This document shows positions 46,698 through 56,578 of a stretch of 64,000 nucleotides of DNA, piece by piece. Every line of letters starts with the position of its first letter. The first letter of the stretch is position 1. The notes beneath the pieces were generated by a model that was not told the DNA's origin, did no database searches, and saw only the letters and a program-made list of their open reading frames with translations. The DNA is taken from IMG/VR virus record IMGVR_UViG_3300021431_000076, positions 96,001-160,000 of that record. The stretch is one strand, 5' to 3'. The DNA is from a virus. Lineage: Duplodnaviria > Caudoviricetes. The translations under genes were made by a program, and so were the position numbers.

Positions 46698-48572
46698 TTA
46701 TTCGTTATTATATCCTTGCATCATATGATGTACTACAGCATTTATATATTCATTATATTCTTCATCAGATATATTCTTATATTTCTGAGGAACATGCTCA
46801 CATACTACTATACCTTCTGGTTCTTTCTTATCATCTTCTACTATTTGACTAAATTTAATATCAATCTCCTCTTGTTGTGGTGTAGGTTGAATAGGTATAT
46901 TTCCTAATCCTGGTTGTTCTACTGGCATTACTGTATTTTGACTAAGAGCATTCATTGTAGGTACAGTTTGCATTTGAGCAAAGTTAGAGAACTGATCAAT
47001 TATATCATCTTCAGTAGTATCTAATGAAGTCTTATACACTGGAGTTGCTAATCCATAATCCTCCATAAATGCTATTTGAGATGAATCATAGTATGGTATA
47101 TAGATACTAGTATCAGTTTTCTTTTCATCTATTGGATATCTATGTTTTACTAACTTCATACCCATAAATAAATGCAGTAAACCTCTAGCGTCTACCCATT
47201 TTTCTGGAATTATGATAATACTACAATCTAGATTTCTATCTATATTGATAGAATCACCAAAATCTGCTCTAGTAACATTCTTAATTAGATTATGCTTAAG
47301 CTTAGCTCTAGATTCATCTGTAACTTTTACTGCGCCTCTATTCAACTGAGATGCTGTAATTACTGGGATATTCTCTAAAGTACCAAAGGTCTTAAAGTCA
47401 TTTACAACAGTACCTAAATCCTGATACTGATCTTTAGTCCATACAGATGGTCTGATACGCATAAGATAATCTTGAATCAGACAAATTGGTTCAAATCCTT
47501 CATCTTTCAATTCATCTGTAAGCTGATATAGATAATCTGTGTTTACAGACATAACTGGTTTGAACTTAATTACTATCTCTATGGGATTACCTTTACCATA
47601 CTCAAACTGACATCTAGCAAATTCTGCTAATGCTTCTTCTGCACTAGCACACTCTCTTAATTCTTTACCACGAGTGATGATATGATACAATGCACAGATA
47701 TATTCTATAACAAAGTTTTCCATAGTCAATAAAACTATACAAGGTTTCTTTGTTGGATCCATAGTCTTATAATCTGCATTATATTTCCATATCTGATATA
47801 ACAAATTCTCTAGAGTGACTGTCTTTCCTTCACCTGGTAATCCAAAGAAACAATATACTCGACCTTTTTCAAAACCTCCACCTAGTATATTATTCAAACC
47901 TACCATACCAGTCTTAAGCTTATAAGATGGAGCTGTAATAAATTTATGTACATCATACAAACTATCTTGAATAGTAGATAATCTAAATAAAGTAGATGCA
48001 TCATCTGTATCAAAGCTATTCTTTCTCATATCATTATTGAAAGACCCTACAAGGTTCATTATAGGTTTGAACATTTGATTCTTTACTCTAAAATCAGAAG
48101 TTGTATAGTTCTCAAATGTATCTCTCATCTTAATGGCATAGTTATCCATAGTAACATTATTACACATTTGCTGGATAAATTGCTCTATAGACGATACAGT
48201 TTCATCCGATAGGTCTGTTAAGATTGGTTCTATTGGTTTAATATCTATTATGTTATCTATCATAGATAGCATAGTTAATCTACTAGCACCATTGTTCTTG
48301 ATTCTTATACCTAAAGCTACTTTAAGAAATGTAAACTTTAGAAGCATTGTTTGAGTCTTGAAATTAGTCTCATCTAAACAATCAATGACATCCTTAAGCT
48401 TTTTAATAGCTGCTCTATGTATATTAGTATTATCCGCAATAACATAACTGCATAGATTCTCCATAATAGGTTCTGATAATCCATAGAGTCTAGCTTCTAC
48501 AGATTGCATTGGTTTAGATAGATCATTACCTTTAAATTTCTTTCTTCTTTCTTCCTGTGTGCTTTTAGCCAT
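46698..48572 (-). CDS. dnaB: DnaB-like (SF4) replicative helicase
   Basis: GLPGEGKT, LTMEN, IQDYL, ITASQLNR and KHR motifs; SD AAGGGAG favours ATG 48572. Confidence 0.88.
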   Translation of the reverse strand: MAKSTQEERRKKFKGNDLSKPMQSVEARLYGLSEPIMENLCSYVIADNTNIHRAAIKKLKDVIDCLDETNFKTQTMLLKFTFLKVALGIRIKNNGASRLTMLSMIDNIIDIKPIEPILTDLSDETVSSIEQFIQQMCNNVTMDNYAIKMRDTFENYTTSDFRVKNQMFKPIMNLVGSFNNDMRKNSFDTDDASTLFRLSTIQDSLYDVHKFITAPSYKLKTGMVGLNNILGGGFEKGRVYCFFGLPGEGKTVTLENLLYQIWKYNADYKTMDPTKKPCIVLLTMENFVIEYICALYHIITRGKELRECASAEEALAEFARCQFEYGKGNPIEIVIKFKPVMSVNTDYLYQLTDELKDEGFEPICLIQDYLMRIRPSVWTKDQYQDLGTVVNDFKTFGTLENIPVITASQLNRGAVKVTDESRAKLKHNLIKNVTRADFGDSINIDRNLDCSIIIIPEKWVDARGLLHLFMGMKLVKHRYPIDEKKTDTSIYIPYYDSSQIAFMEDYGLATPVYKTSLDTTEDDIIDQFSNFAQMQTVPTMNALSQNTVMPVEQPGLGNIPIQPTPQQEEIDIKFSQIVEDDKKEPEGIVVCEHVPQKYKNISDEEYNEYINAVVHHMMQGYNNE

Positions 48573-48630
48573 ACTAAAATCTCCCTTACTTGATTCTCTC
48601 GTACTAATCTGTCGAGGATATTTTTGATGT

Positions 48631-49776
48631 TTACAATGCACTGATTTCCTTGATAAATGATTTTAAGAGATCTGTTGTCCAATAAGATATTCCTTCTTTG
48701 CTATTTATAAACTGCACTAGCTTATCTTCTGCTGTAGAATTATCAAAGAGATAAGAATACTTATCATAGTTCATATTCATCTCTTCTAACTGTTTTTGTA
48801 TTCTGTGTTTTTCAAAGTTTGTTTCTATCTTGATATCCTTTCTATTAGCAAATACTGTCTTCAATATAGCTATCTTATCTAAATCTTCTACAGTAAATCT
48901 TACTCGTATATTATCAACTCCTTGAGCTTTAAGATTATTTATATAATCTACCATATATCTAGGATCTGTCTTAAGCATATCATCTAGATTAATAGTCTTA
49001 TATACAAATGATTCTATCTCTTCCATATGAACCATATATTGTCTAGTAGCTAGATTATGTAACAATACTAAATATCCTTTAGGTTCTTCTTCTCCATGTC
49101 TCCAACGTAAAGGAGATCCACAATAATAGAAGTCTTTCTTATAGATATTATGTACATGCACATGACCAGATATGATAGGTCCTCTACAAAGAGCAAAATC
49201 ATTCATACAGAATACTGGTTCTCTTGCAGAATCTAAATCAGGTTTATTCTTTCCTATAATAGAACCAACGAAAGTACCATGCATATAACAAGCATCATAA
49301 AGTCCAGAATCATAAAGAAAACGCTTATAATAATCATATCCTTTACCATACTCTTCCGTAATACAAAGAATTTTCTTACCTTTAACAAAAAGAAATTGAG
49401 TATTCAAAACTAATCTTAGATCAACTCCTGCCCCCATAAAGGGAGTAAAGAGTTTTAATTGGTCTGCATCATGAGAGCTAGTTCCATTTAAGATAATCAA
49501 TGTAGCATTCTTCTGAATACATATATCTACTAAGTCTCTTATAAACATCATAGCATACATAACTGCATCAGAATTAGCCATTAACTTTCTATCAAATACA
49601 TCTCCATCTATAGATACTATATCTAATACATTCATTTCTCTCAAATGAGATAAAAATTGATCAGAGAGTATTTGATATTCTTTAAGAGGATCTACTACAC
49701 CAAAGTGTAGATCCGCTATATGTGCTTCCATAAATACTTCTTGTGGTCTAATAAATTCAACTACTTTCTTTAACAT
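48631..49776 (-). CDS. SbcD/Mre11-like metallophosphoesterase nuclease
   Basis: ADLHFG, GDVFD, GTSSHD, MHG, SGHVH and YCGS motifs. Confidence 0.88.
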   Translation of the reverse strand: MLKKVVEFIRPQEVFMEAHIADLHFGVVDPLKEYQILSDQFLSHLREMNVLDIVSIDGDVFDRKLMANSDAVMYAMMFIRDLVDICIQKNATLIILNGTSSHDADQLKLFTPFMGAGVDLRLVLNTQFLFVKGKKILCITEEYGKGYDYYKRFLYDSGLYDACYMHGTFVGSIIGKNKPDLDSAREPVFCMNDFALCRGPIISGHVHVHNIYKKDFYYCGSPLRWRHGEEEPKGYLVLLHNLATRQYMVHMEEIESFVYKTINLDDMLKTDPRYMVDYINNLKAQGVDNIRVRFTVEDLDKIAILKTVFANRKDIKIETNFEKHRIQKQLEEMNMNYDKYSYLFDNSTAEDKLVQFINSKEGISYWTTDLLKSFIKEISAL

Positions 49777-49833
49777 GTTGACTCCTCCTTATCTATCATT
49801 ATAATAGTATATGTCTAAAAATCATATTAGAGA

Positions 49834-49868
49834 AAAAAATACAAGGATGTAGAGTCCTTGTATTTTTT
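49834..49868 (-). terminator. Terminator with conserved loop (CUCUACA)
   Basis: 14-bp stem; same core AGGA-TGTAGAG-TCCT as 58323-58353. Confidence 0.8.
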
Positions 49869-49873
49869 CCTGC

Positions 49874-50317
49874 TTATTTGCAGGAATCATCATCTGGATC
49901 ATTCCACTGTACTACCATATATGTGAATGGGTGTTCTTTGTTTGGATTAAATCTAGAAATTGCAAAACCGGCTTGCTCTGTAAGAGCCATAACTGCATCA
50001 CCAAGCACGTCTTTAGTGCATGTGATATCAGGTTCAATTTTGCTTTCTTTCTCTTTAGAAGATGCAACTTGAGCCATCGCCGTCTTGATATCATCGGCTG
50101 TTGCTTTTTCGTCAGATGCTTCTATTTCCTTATATAAAATAGTAGCATTAAACTGAGCTTTGTTCATAGCATCTTCGATCTTAGAAACAATGACATTTAT
50201 AACATTTTGCACATTTTTGTCATGTTTCTCTTGCTTTCTTTTAACAATTTCTGCGTAAACTTTTGCAGAAACCTCAGATGCTTTTGCGGCGTTGATAGAA
50301 ATGTTGAACTTTGTCAT
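49874..50317 (-). CDS. Early hypothetical protein (start corrected to MTKFNIS)
   Basis: SD AGAAAGGAG before ATG 50317; own promoter at 50393-50400. Confidence 0.75.
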   Translation of the reverse strand: MTKFNISINAAKASEVSAKVYAEIVKRKQEKHDKNVQNVINVIVSKIEDAMNKAQFNATILYKEIEASDEKATADDIKTAMAQVASSKEKESKIEPDITCTKDVLGDAVMALTEQAGFAISRFNPNKEHPFTYMVVQWNDPDDDSCK

Positions 50318-50388
50318 GATAAAAGACTCCTTTCTACTTTTAACTGTCTGCATATCAATCTCGTATGCAGATCTTTTGTCTTTATCAC
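50315..50388 (-). promoter_or_regulatory. Structured 5' leader, copy B
   Basis: GUGAUAAAGAC pairs with GUCUUUUAUCAU at the start codon; hairpin UCUGCAUA-CGAGAUUGA-UAUGCAGA. Confidence 0.7.
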
Positions 50389-50466
50389 GGCTATAATATA
50401 CATTTGAAATATAGTATTTTTACAAAAAAGATAGTAAGGGAAAAATCCCTTACTATCCAATTTACA

Positions 50467-51171
50467 CTAATTTTCTTTTTTTAACTTGGTGATGTTGTAA
50501 TACATTGTTTTTAAAGAAACTGTATGTAGGTCAACAAACTTAGGAGGAGTATCGTCATAAAGATCATATGGATCATCACGCCTAATATAGCGCATATCAG
50601 CTTTGAGTTTATCTGTAAGACTTTTTTTAATTTCCATCATCTTATCATATGCTTCAGAGCATTTAATATTGATAAAATCTTCAGGAATGGAAGAGAAGAT
50701 CCTAGATAATGTAATCGAAACATCACAATCTTCAAAGCAGCCAATTACATCATTCTCATCAATAGGTGCGCTCATTTTAACCCATATAGAATCAGTATAA
50801 GATGTTTCAATAGTCAAATCTTTTTTGTCTAATAACGTAGCTGCAACTAATGATATTCGTGATTTGGAACTTTTATGACAGTTATCAAATATACTGCCAA
50901 GCATTACATTAAATATACTCGATACAAAATCTTCTACAGCAACATATGCAAAGAATGGAAATTTAACAGTCATATTGTCTTCCCTGAGTTTACCAGTTTT
51001 AATATCAAGGTTATATGCAGAATTGACTATAAAATTAGTCTCGAAAACATCTGAATCATGCGCATATGATCCTGTATATACTGAAATGAAATCAGGATTG
51101 TTCTTGTCATCCTCTTCTGGTATATTCAGATTACTAGGAATCCAACTTTTGATGATTTCTTCTTTATTCAT
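50467..51171 (-). CDS. Hypothetical protein
   Basis: SD AAAGGAG; lies downstream of telA in the same operon. Confidence 0.7.
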   Translation of the reverse strand: MNKEEIIKSWIPSNLNIPEEDDKNNPDFISVYTGSYAHDSDVFETNFIVNSAYNLDIKTGKLREDNMTVKFPFFAYVAVEDFVSSIFNVMLGSIFDNCHKSSKSRISLVAATLLDKKDLTIETSYTDSIWVKMSAPIDENDVIGCFEDCDVSITLSRIFSSIPEDFINIKCSEAYDKMMEIKKSLTDKLKADMRYIRRDDPYDLYDDTPPKFVDLHTVSLKTMYYNITKLKKEN

Positions 51172-51183
51172 ATTGCTTCTCCT

Positions 51184-52350
51184 TTACACAGTTCCTCTAC
51201 TATTTTGAGTTGTAGCATATAACGTATCTTTGAGTCTAGACTCAATTTGAACAAGTTCTTGTTCAACTTGCTGTCTCTTAGCTCTGCCTTCTTGTTGAAT
51301 ACGAAGAGTCTCTTCGATGGTAGTGATAAGAGATTCATTTGCTTCTTTAAGACTCTCTATATCTACTATACCTCTTTCAGACTCTTTAGCAGTCTCAATG
51401 CTATTAGTCTTCAGCATCTCAGCATTTTTCTTGATAAGTTGATTAGTCATATCGGTAACAGACCGATTCAGTTTTAATACTTGAGCCTGTCTATTCAGAC
51501 CAAGAGATACACACACACTCATCTTCCAAAGAGGAAGTGTATTATTGATAGTGGTCTGTACTCTATCAATCAGCATCTTGTCATTATTCTGAATTAGACG
51601 AATCTGAGGAGCAGTTTGAATAGATATAGTCTTGGATATCTTCAAGTCATGAAGTTTCTTTTCAAATCTATCTACCATCTGTTCAAAATCTGCTACAGCT
51701 TGATTAGCCATCATATCACCAGACTCAAGAGCTTGCTGTTTAAGAGATGGTAACGCTACTTCTCTTAATTCAGTAAGTTTCTCTTCGCCAGCCTGTATAT
51801 ATAACTGAAGGTTCTTAAAGTATTCATAATTCTTCTTATATAAAGTATCATAAATCTTTATATCCTTCATCATCATATGCTGGGCCTTATCTAATTCAGA
51901 CTCTATTCTGGTGACCTGAGTAGATAGAGAATCATATCCTCTAATCATCTTCTTAGAGTTATCTACTAATTTACCTAAGAATGGAATCTTAGTAAGGAAA
52001 GAATTGTTAGACTTATCAAAGTCTTGTACTTTTCCTACTAAGTCATTCAGCAACTCACCAACATGACCAGAATCTTTAGTCTTTACATTCTGAAGTATAG
52101 AGTCTGAGAAAGTTGTAATATTTCTCTGTGCTACATTACCAAATGAAATTACTGAATTGGTATCAGTTATATTGATAGAATCTTTGATTCTATCAATCTC
52201 TTTTCTATCCTCAGGAGAAATCTCTGCTAGCTCAAAATCATTTTTAACAGGCATGGTTTCCTGCACATTCTGAATAGCAGTTTCAGAACTAGGAACTGCT
52301 TTATTAGCAGCTCCACTCATAATATCCTCCAATTTGTACTCTGTTGCCAT
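51184..52350 (-). CDS. telA: Toxic anion resistance protein (TelA/YaaN family)
   Basis: FSDSILQNVKTKDSG..GELL, FEKKLHDL, APQIRLIQNND, LPLWK and ERGIVDIESL motifs. Confidence 0.9.
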   Translation of the reverse strand: MATEYKLEDIMSGAANKAVPSSETAIQNVQETMPVKNDFELAEISPEDRKEIDRIKDSINITDTNSVISFGNVAQRNITTFSDSILQNVKTKDSGHVGELLNDLVGKVQDFDKSNNSFLTKIPFLGKLVDNSKKMIRGYDSLSTQVTRIESELDKAQHMMMKDIKIYDTLYKKNYEYFKNLQLYIQAGEEKLTELREVALPSLKQQALESGDMMANQAVADFEQMVDRFEKKLHDLKISKTISIQTAPQIRLIQNNDKMLIDRVQTTINNTLPLWKMSVCVSLGLNRQAQVLKLNRSVTDMTNQLIKKNAEMLKTNSIETAKESERGIVDIESLKEANESLITTIEETLRIQQEGRAKRQQVEQELVQIESRLKDTLYATTQNSRGTV

Positions 52351-52373
52351 AACTAAGCATTCCTCTCTTTATA

Positions 52374-53588
52374 TTATTCATAAATGGTTGCATGATGAGA
52401 TGCTATCTGTCTTTTAAGTTTTTCAGAATCGTACCATGCAATCATTTTAGCCCACGCGAGATCATTAAAGAAGATATCCAAACCATCCTTTTTAAGAAAA
52501 TCGGCATCATTTCCAATAGCAGTAGTGATTCCTTCACATATAGAAAGTAAGTATGGAACAAATGTAAAGAAAAGAACTGTTCTAATAAGAAATGAAGGTT
52601 GATTAGAATATTGCTTATGGAATGAAAATATTCCAGTAATTGGAAATAGTGCCAATCCTATATATGTTTTTCTTGATTTATGTACAGCATTTTTTTGTTC
52701 TGCAGTAGCAATATGATTATACCAAAATTCAGCATATTCTTCCTGTATCTGTCTTATCTGTTCCATAGGAACTCTATTACTAAATGCTTCACTTAAATCT
52801 TTGCAATATTCTTTCAAAACTCTTTCCACTTCCCTATTTTTTGGTTTGCCATATAAAGGATGCGATGTATCCGTATAGTAGTAATCACTATTATCAGTAA
52901 TCTCTGCCACTTGATTTTTTGTAACTGTAGTATTTTCTTCTTCAGAAGATAAATCTATTTCATCCATCCTTTCCTCTATATCTTCATAAATCTTTTGAAC
53001 TTTTTCTCTTTTCTCATTAGAATTACTAGTATCAACTTCCTTTATTTCTCCAACCTCAATACCCTGCTGTTGCATATCTTCCATCAACACAGCCAATTCT
53101 GCATTGATATCAATATGATCAGTATCTGTAATCTTCTTATATTCATTATTAAATACATCTACAAAACTTATCAATACATTTCTTATATTAGATTTAGTAT
53201 TAATAAAGTCAGTATCAATAACTACAGATGCAGCTTCATTCATAGAACTAAATTTACGAGAAAGCATAACTGCTTTATCTTGATAATGTTCTATAAACTT
53301 CCTAGCAGTAAAGATTTTTTCTGGATTCTTCTGAATATGCTTAATGATTGTAAAAGAAATCTCAGCCAATTTGAATAAAGCAGTTGCTAATTCTTTATCA
53401 TTACCAGTCTTATCTATATTACCACTAGATAACCTTAAAGTATTTTGGTCTTTCACTGCTTTAGAAAGTAATTCTTTTTGAAACTTTTCCATTTCATCTT
53501 GAGTATAAGATTCCCCATCAAGTAGTTCCATATTTGACCCTCCTCTTGTTATTTCTTTGCCGTTTATGAATATTCTACACGAAAACAT
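52374..53588 (-). CDS. XpaC-like protein fused to a C-terminal TM2-like domain
   Basis: IIKHIQKNPEKIFTARKFIEHY resembles XpaC; KSRKTYIGLALF..GIFSFHKQY resembles TM2; canonical position upstream of telA; alternative in-frame start at 53531. Confidence 0.7.
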   Translation of the reverse strand: MFSCRIFINGKEITRGGSNMELLDGESYTQDEMEKFQKELLSKAVKDQNTLRLSSGNIDKTGNDKELATALFKLAEISFTIIKHIQKNPEKIFTARKFIEHYQDKAVMLSRKFSSMNEAASVVIDTDFINTKSNIRNVLISFVDVFNNEYKKITDTDHIDINAELAVLMEDMQQQGIEVGEIKEVDTSNSNEKREKVQKIYEDIEERMDEIDLSSEEENTTVTKNQVAEITDNSDYYYTDTSHPLYGKPKNREVERVLKEYCKDLSEAFSNRVPMEQIRQIQEEYAEFWYNHIATAEQKNAVHKSRKTYIGLALFPITGIFSFHKQYSNQPSFLIRTVLFFTFVPYLLSICEGITTAIGNDADFLKKDGLDIFFNDLAWAKMIAWYDSEKLKRQIASHHATIYE

Positions 53589-53615
53589 ATTATACACCTC
53601 CTTTTTAAAATTACG

Positions 53616-53720
53616 AAAGAGAAAGAGAGTGGAAATACTCCACTCTCTGTATCAAATATTGGAGATGCACACACTTTATTATATAAGTATGTGCAATATT
53701 TGCTTTTAACTCCTTCAATC
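53616..53720 (-). promoter_or_regulatory. Structured leader or sRNA with terminator-like hairpin upstream of xpaC-telA
   Basis: Promoter at 53723-53730; hairpin at 53653-53702; hairpin at 53624-53648 followed by a pyrimidine tract. Confidence 0.5.
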
Positions 53721-53775
53721 CTATAATATATATTTAAACAAAAATTTAATAGGAAGGGATTTCTCCCTTCCTATG

Positions 53776-54540
53776 TTATTCGTTTGTATTAAAGAACATC
53801 TTGATTCCCAATTTTAATTCTATAAGAGATAATACCATTATAGTTAGTAACTTCAATATATGGATTCCCATATAGATAAAATCATTACTATCTTCATCTT
53901 TTATAGCTGTATCTAGAAGATAGTTTGGATTAGACATATTACCATCACTATCAATCTTTATATATTTAAACTTAAGCATATCTGCTGTCTTAGCATGAAA
54001 CTCATCTTCACAATCATATATTGTTTGTGTAAGTTCACAAGTACCATCTAATAAATTTACATTAGCTTTAGTAATAGTATACTTATTTTCAAAGTTGTTA
54101 AATGTTTCTGCAGATCTGCATATAACATTAAACCAATCCATTACTACCATATCATCAGTACTATCTTCATCTAAGTTAGATTGAATAGTGAATTCATTAT
54201 TTGGAAATACAGTTTTGATGATATCATTCATATCTTTCTCTGCTGTAGCTGCATATGTAAGTAAAAATTCAATATAACTAAGAAATATTGGTATGATTCT
54301 ATTTGGATACTTCTCAATAGTCTTAATATACTTTGTCATACTATTTTCAGCAAACTTAATTATTCTAGGATACTTCCATTCAATGAAATACCATAGTTTA
54401 ATCTTATTAATAATCTTACTAAACCAAGAAGTTTGAGTATTCATTGCAATACCAAGATTAGATAAAGAATTTAGAAACTTCATATACATAGTAAACAGCC
54501 TCATTAGTCTTCCATCGTCATTTTGATTGTTCCAAAACAT
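53776..54540 (-). CDS. Hypothetical protein
   Basis: SD GAAGGTGAG favours ATG 54540, which overlaps the 3' end of the nuclease gene. Confidence 0.7.
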   Translation of the reverse strand: MFWNNQNDDGRLMRLFTMYMKFLNSLSNLGIAMNTQTSWFSKIINKIKLWYFIEWKYPRIIKFAENSMTKYIKTIEKYPNRIIPIFLSYIEFLLTYAATAEKDMNDIIKTVFPNNEFTIQSNLDEDSTDDMVVMDWFNVICRSAETFNNFENKYTITKANVNLLDGTCELTQTIYDCEDEFHAKTADMLKFKYIKIDSDGNMSNPNYLLDTAIKDEDSNDFIYMGIHILKLLTIMVLSLIELKLGIKMFFNTNE

Positions 54541-55234
54541 GTTTAAACTCACCTTCCAAATACTTGACGTGATAGTATGAATATAATAAAGACATAAAAG
54601 TTCTTTCACAAGTATCTATATACTTCTTATGTATAGGATTTGTAAAATCTAGAGTATATTCATTATAAGTAGGAGAAGTTTTAGATAATTGTAAGATTAC
54701 AGCTCCTCTAAGATTTAGTTTTTGTTCATCCCTTAAAACTTTATTGTATGCTGCTAATTGAAGGAAGTATTTATATGTAATATGATTAGATGTTTTAAAG
54801 TCTATCAACCATAGTTCTCCATTAATAGATACTAGTAAATCATAGGTACCACCATAATACTGGCAGATTAGTGGAACTTCTTGCCCTAATATCTGTACAG
54901 TCTGATTAGATATTAGATTATTCCACCAGCCAATAAATGCCATCATAGAAAAATAAGGAGCATCTTGCAAGACTCTATTTTCTTTTAGGAATATCTCTAT
55001 TCCATGATGTGTCTTACTACCGTAATCACAAGCTTCATTTAGTACATCTCTATATTTCTGATGCTTAAATCCTAGACTATTAGCCCATATAGTTATAGCA
55101 TCTGAATGAATCATATCAGATATGATAGATGTTACTCTAGGTACTTTATTTCCATTGAATGTATAGTCTGAAACTGATTCAGATAGTTTAAACTCTAAAT
55201 CATCTATGTCTTTAAAACTAAAATCATATTGCAT
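54518..55234 (-). CDS. PD-(D/E)XK (RecB-like) exonuclease
   Basis: PRVTSII, GSKTH, YGGTYDL, IDFKTS and QLAAY motifs; SD favours ATG 55234. Confidence 0.88.
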   Translation of the reverse strand: MQYDFSFKDIDDLEFKLSESVSDYTFNGNKVPRVTSIISDMIHSDAITIWANSLGFKHQKYRDVLNEACDYGSKTHHGIEIFLKENRVLQDAPYFSMMAFIGWWNNLISNQTVQILGQEVPLICQYYGGTYDLLVSINGELWLIDFKTSNHITYKYFLQLAAYNKVLRDEQKLNLRGAVILQLSKTSPTYNEYTLDFTNPIHKKYIDTCERTFMSLLYSYYHVKYLEGEFKHVLEQSK

Positions 55235-55315
55235 AATGTTGCCCTCCTTTATTCTGCTTATCTTGAAGTCTTCAATACAATAAAAAAACATAGGGATTTC
55301 TCCCTATGCTTTCAT

Positions 55316-55582
55316 TTAGAAATCAAGAATCTGATTGTCTGGATGAAGATCATTATATTTTCTGATACAATTAGATCTGGCTATCTTTAGTCTTTCTTCA
55401 TCAAACTGTAATGCATTATACACTCCAGCTTTGTAAAGTTGATAGTAGATCTGACTATAAGACATTCCACATAGGTTTGTCATATAGTTGAAAAACTTTC
55501 TCCATTTTCCATACATCTCTTCTTGCTTTGTCAATAAAATTCTTCCTCCTTTGTCTACTGACACTAGATTATCTAATCTCAT
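55316..55582 (-). CDS. Hypothetical protein on a probable leaderless mRNA
   Basis: Early motif at 55587-55594 sits 4 nt before the ATG; no SD. Confidence 0.7.
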   Translation of the reverse strand: MRLDNLVSVDKGGRILLTKQEEMYGKWRKFFNYMTNLCGMSYSQIYYQLYKAGVYNALQFDEERLKIARSNCIRKYNDLHPDNQILDF

Positions 55583-55597
55583 AAATATAATATATAT

Positions 55598-56461
55598 TTA
55601 TTTTTTATTTTTCCTTTTTAACTTATGAGCATTAACAACATCATCTACAACATCAAATAGTTCTGGATGGTCTATAAAATCATGAATATTTAAACCAAGA
55701 TACTTACATACATAATATTCCTTTACAGTTCCGTATGTTAAAGAATGCTTTTTTGCTATTTTATTCAATTCATCTTTAACTTTATTTAATGAATCTCTCA
55801 TCTTTACTTTTCTTAAAAATTCTTCTTGAGTATTAGAATCTTTATACAACCTTATTGCTTGGGTATAGTCAATACTTGTATTAAGTTGTGCGAAGTATTC
55901 ATTAAAAGTTTTAAACTTTTTCTCTTCTCCAAATTTAAAGTCAAAAGTGCATATACAACTAAATTTTAAATATATATTCTTTAAATAGTAATCTATTTTT
56001 TGTAAATCTTCTTCAGATGATGTTGGTAAAATCTTGATGTTGTTATGCCTTAAATATCGAGTTGTTGCTGAATATGCTTTTGAAAAATCTAAATTTAGAG
56101 ACTTACAACATTTTTTTACTCTAGATGAAATTATCCCTTTAAAACCAATGTTGTTTACTTTGCAATATGTATCCAAGTCAATCAAATCTTGTTTTGTTGC
56201 TTCCTTAGTATTAACACCTAAATTCTTATTTAATATACTTCGCATACTAATATATTCGATATTATATTTTGATGCTAAAAATTTTAATTGATTTTGTACA
56301 TATGACAGTTGATGTATTTCAGATAGTTTGACATCCATAGCATCTAAATTTCTATCTAATCTATAGAATAGAGTACGAATTGACTCAATTGTACTGTGTG
56401 GATACTTTTTTGTAAAGATATCTATTGCATTTTGCAATTCTTTGTTTCTTCTGGAATTCAT
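55598..56461 (-). CDS. Basic hypothetical protein with repeated helical motif
   Basis: SD AAAGGAG; early motif at 56512-56519. Confidence 0.7.
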   Translation of the reverse strand: MNSRRNKELQNAIDIFTKKYPHSTIESIRTLFYRLDRNLDAMDVKLSEIHQLSYVQNQLKFLASKYNIEYISMRSILNKNLGVNTKEATKQDLIDLDTYCKVNNIGFKGIISSRVKKCCKSLNLDFSKAYSATTRYLRHNNIKILPTSSEEDLQKIDYYLKNIYLKFSCICTFDFKFGEEKKFKTFNEYFAQLNTSIDYTQAIRLYKDSNTQEEFLRKVKMRDSLNKVKDELNKIAKKHSLTYGTVKEYYVCKYLGLNIHDFIDHPELFDVVDDVVNAHKLKRKNKK

Positions 56462-56578
56462 TTTATTAATACGCTCCTTTTTGTATTCTTTCTCATTATC
56501 CTTTCATATAAATAATATACATTTAAAAAATAATTTACTTTGAAAATAAAAACAAGAGGGAATTCCCTCTTGTTTTTA

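Noticed and set aside
38299-48572. Introns or inteins in gyrB, the SF1 helicase or dnaB
   Set aside because: Motifs are contiguous with plausible spacing; no homing-endonuclease or intein splice motifs seen.
54518-55234. Cas4 as a CRISPR component
   Set aside because: The four-Cys Fe-S pattern is not evident and there is no array or other cas gene; better called a generic PD-(D/E)XK exonuclease.
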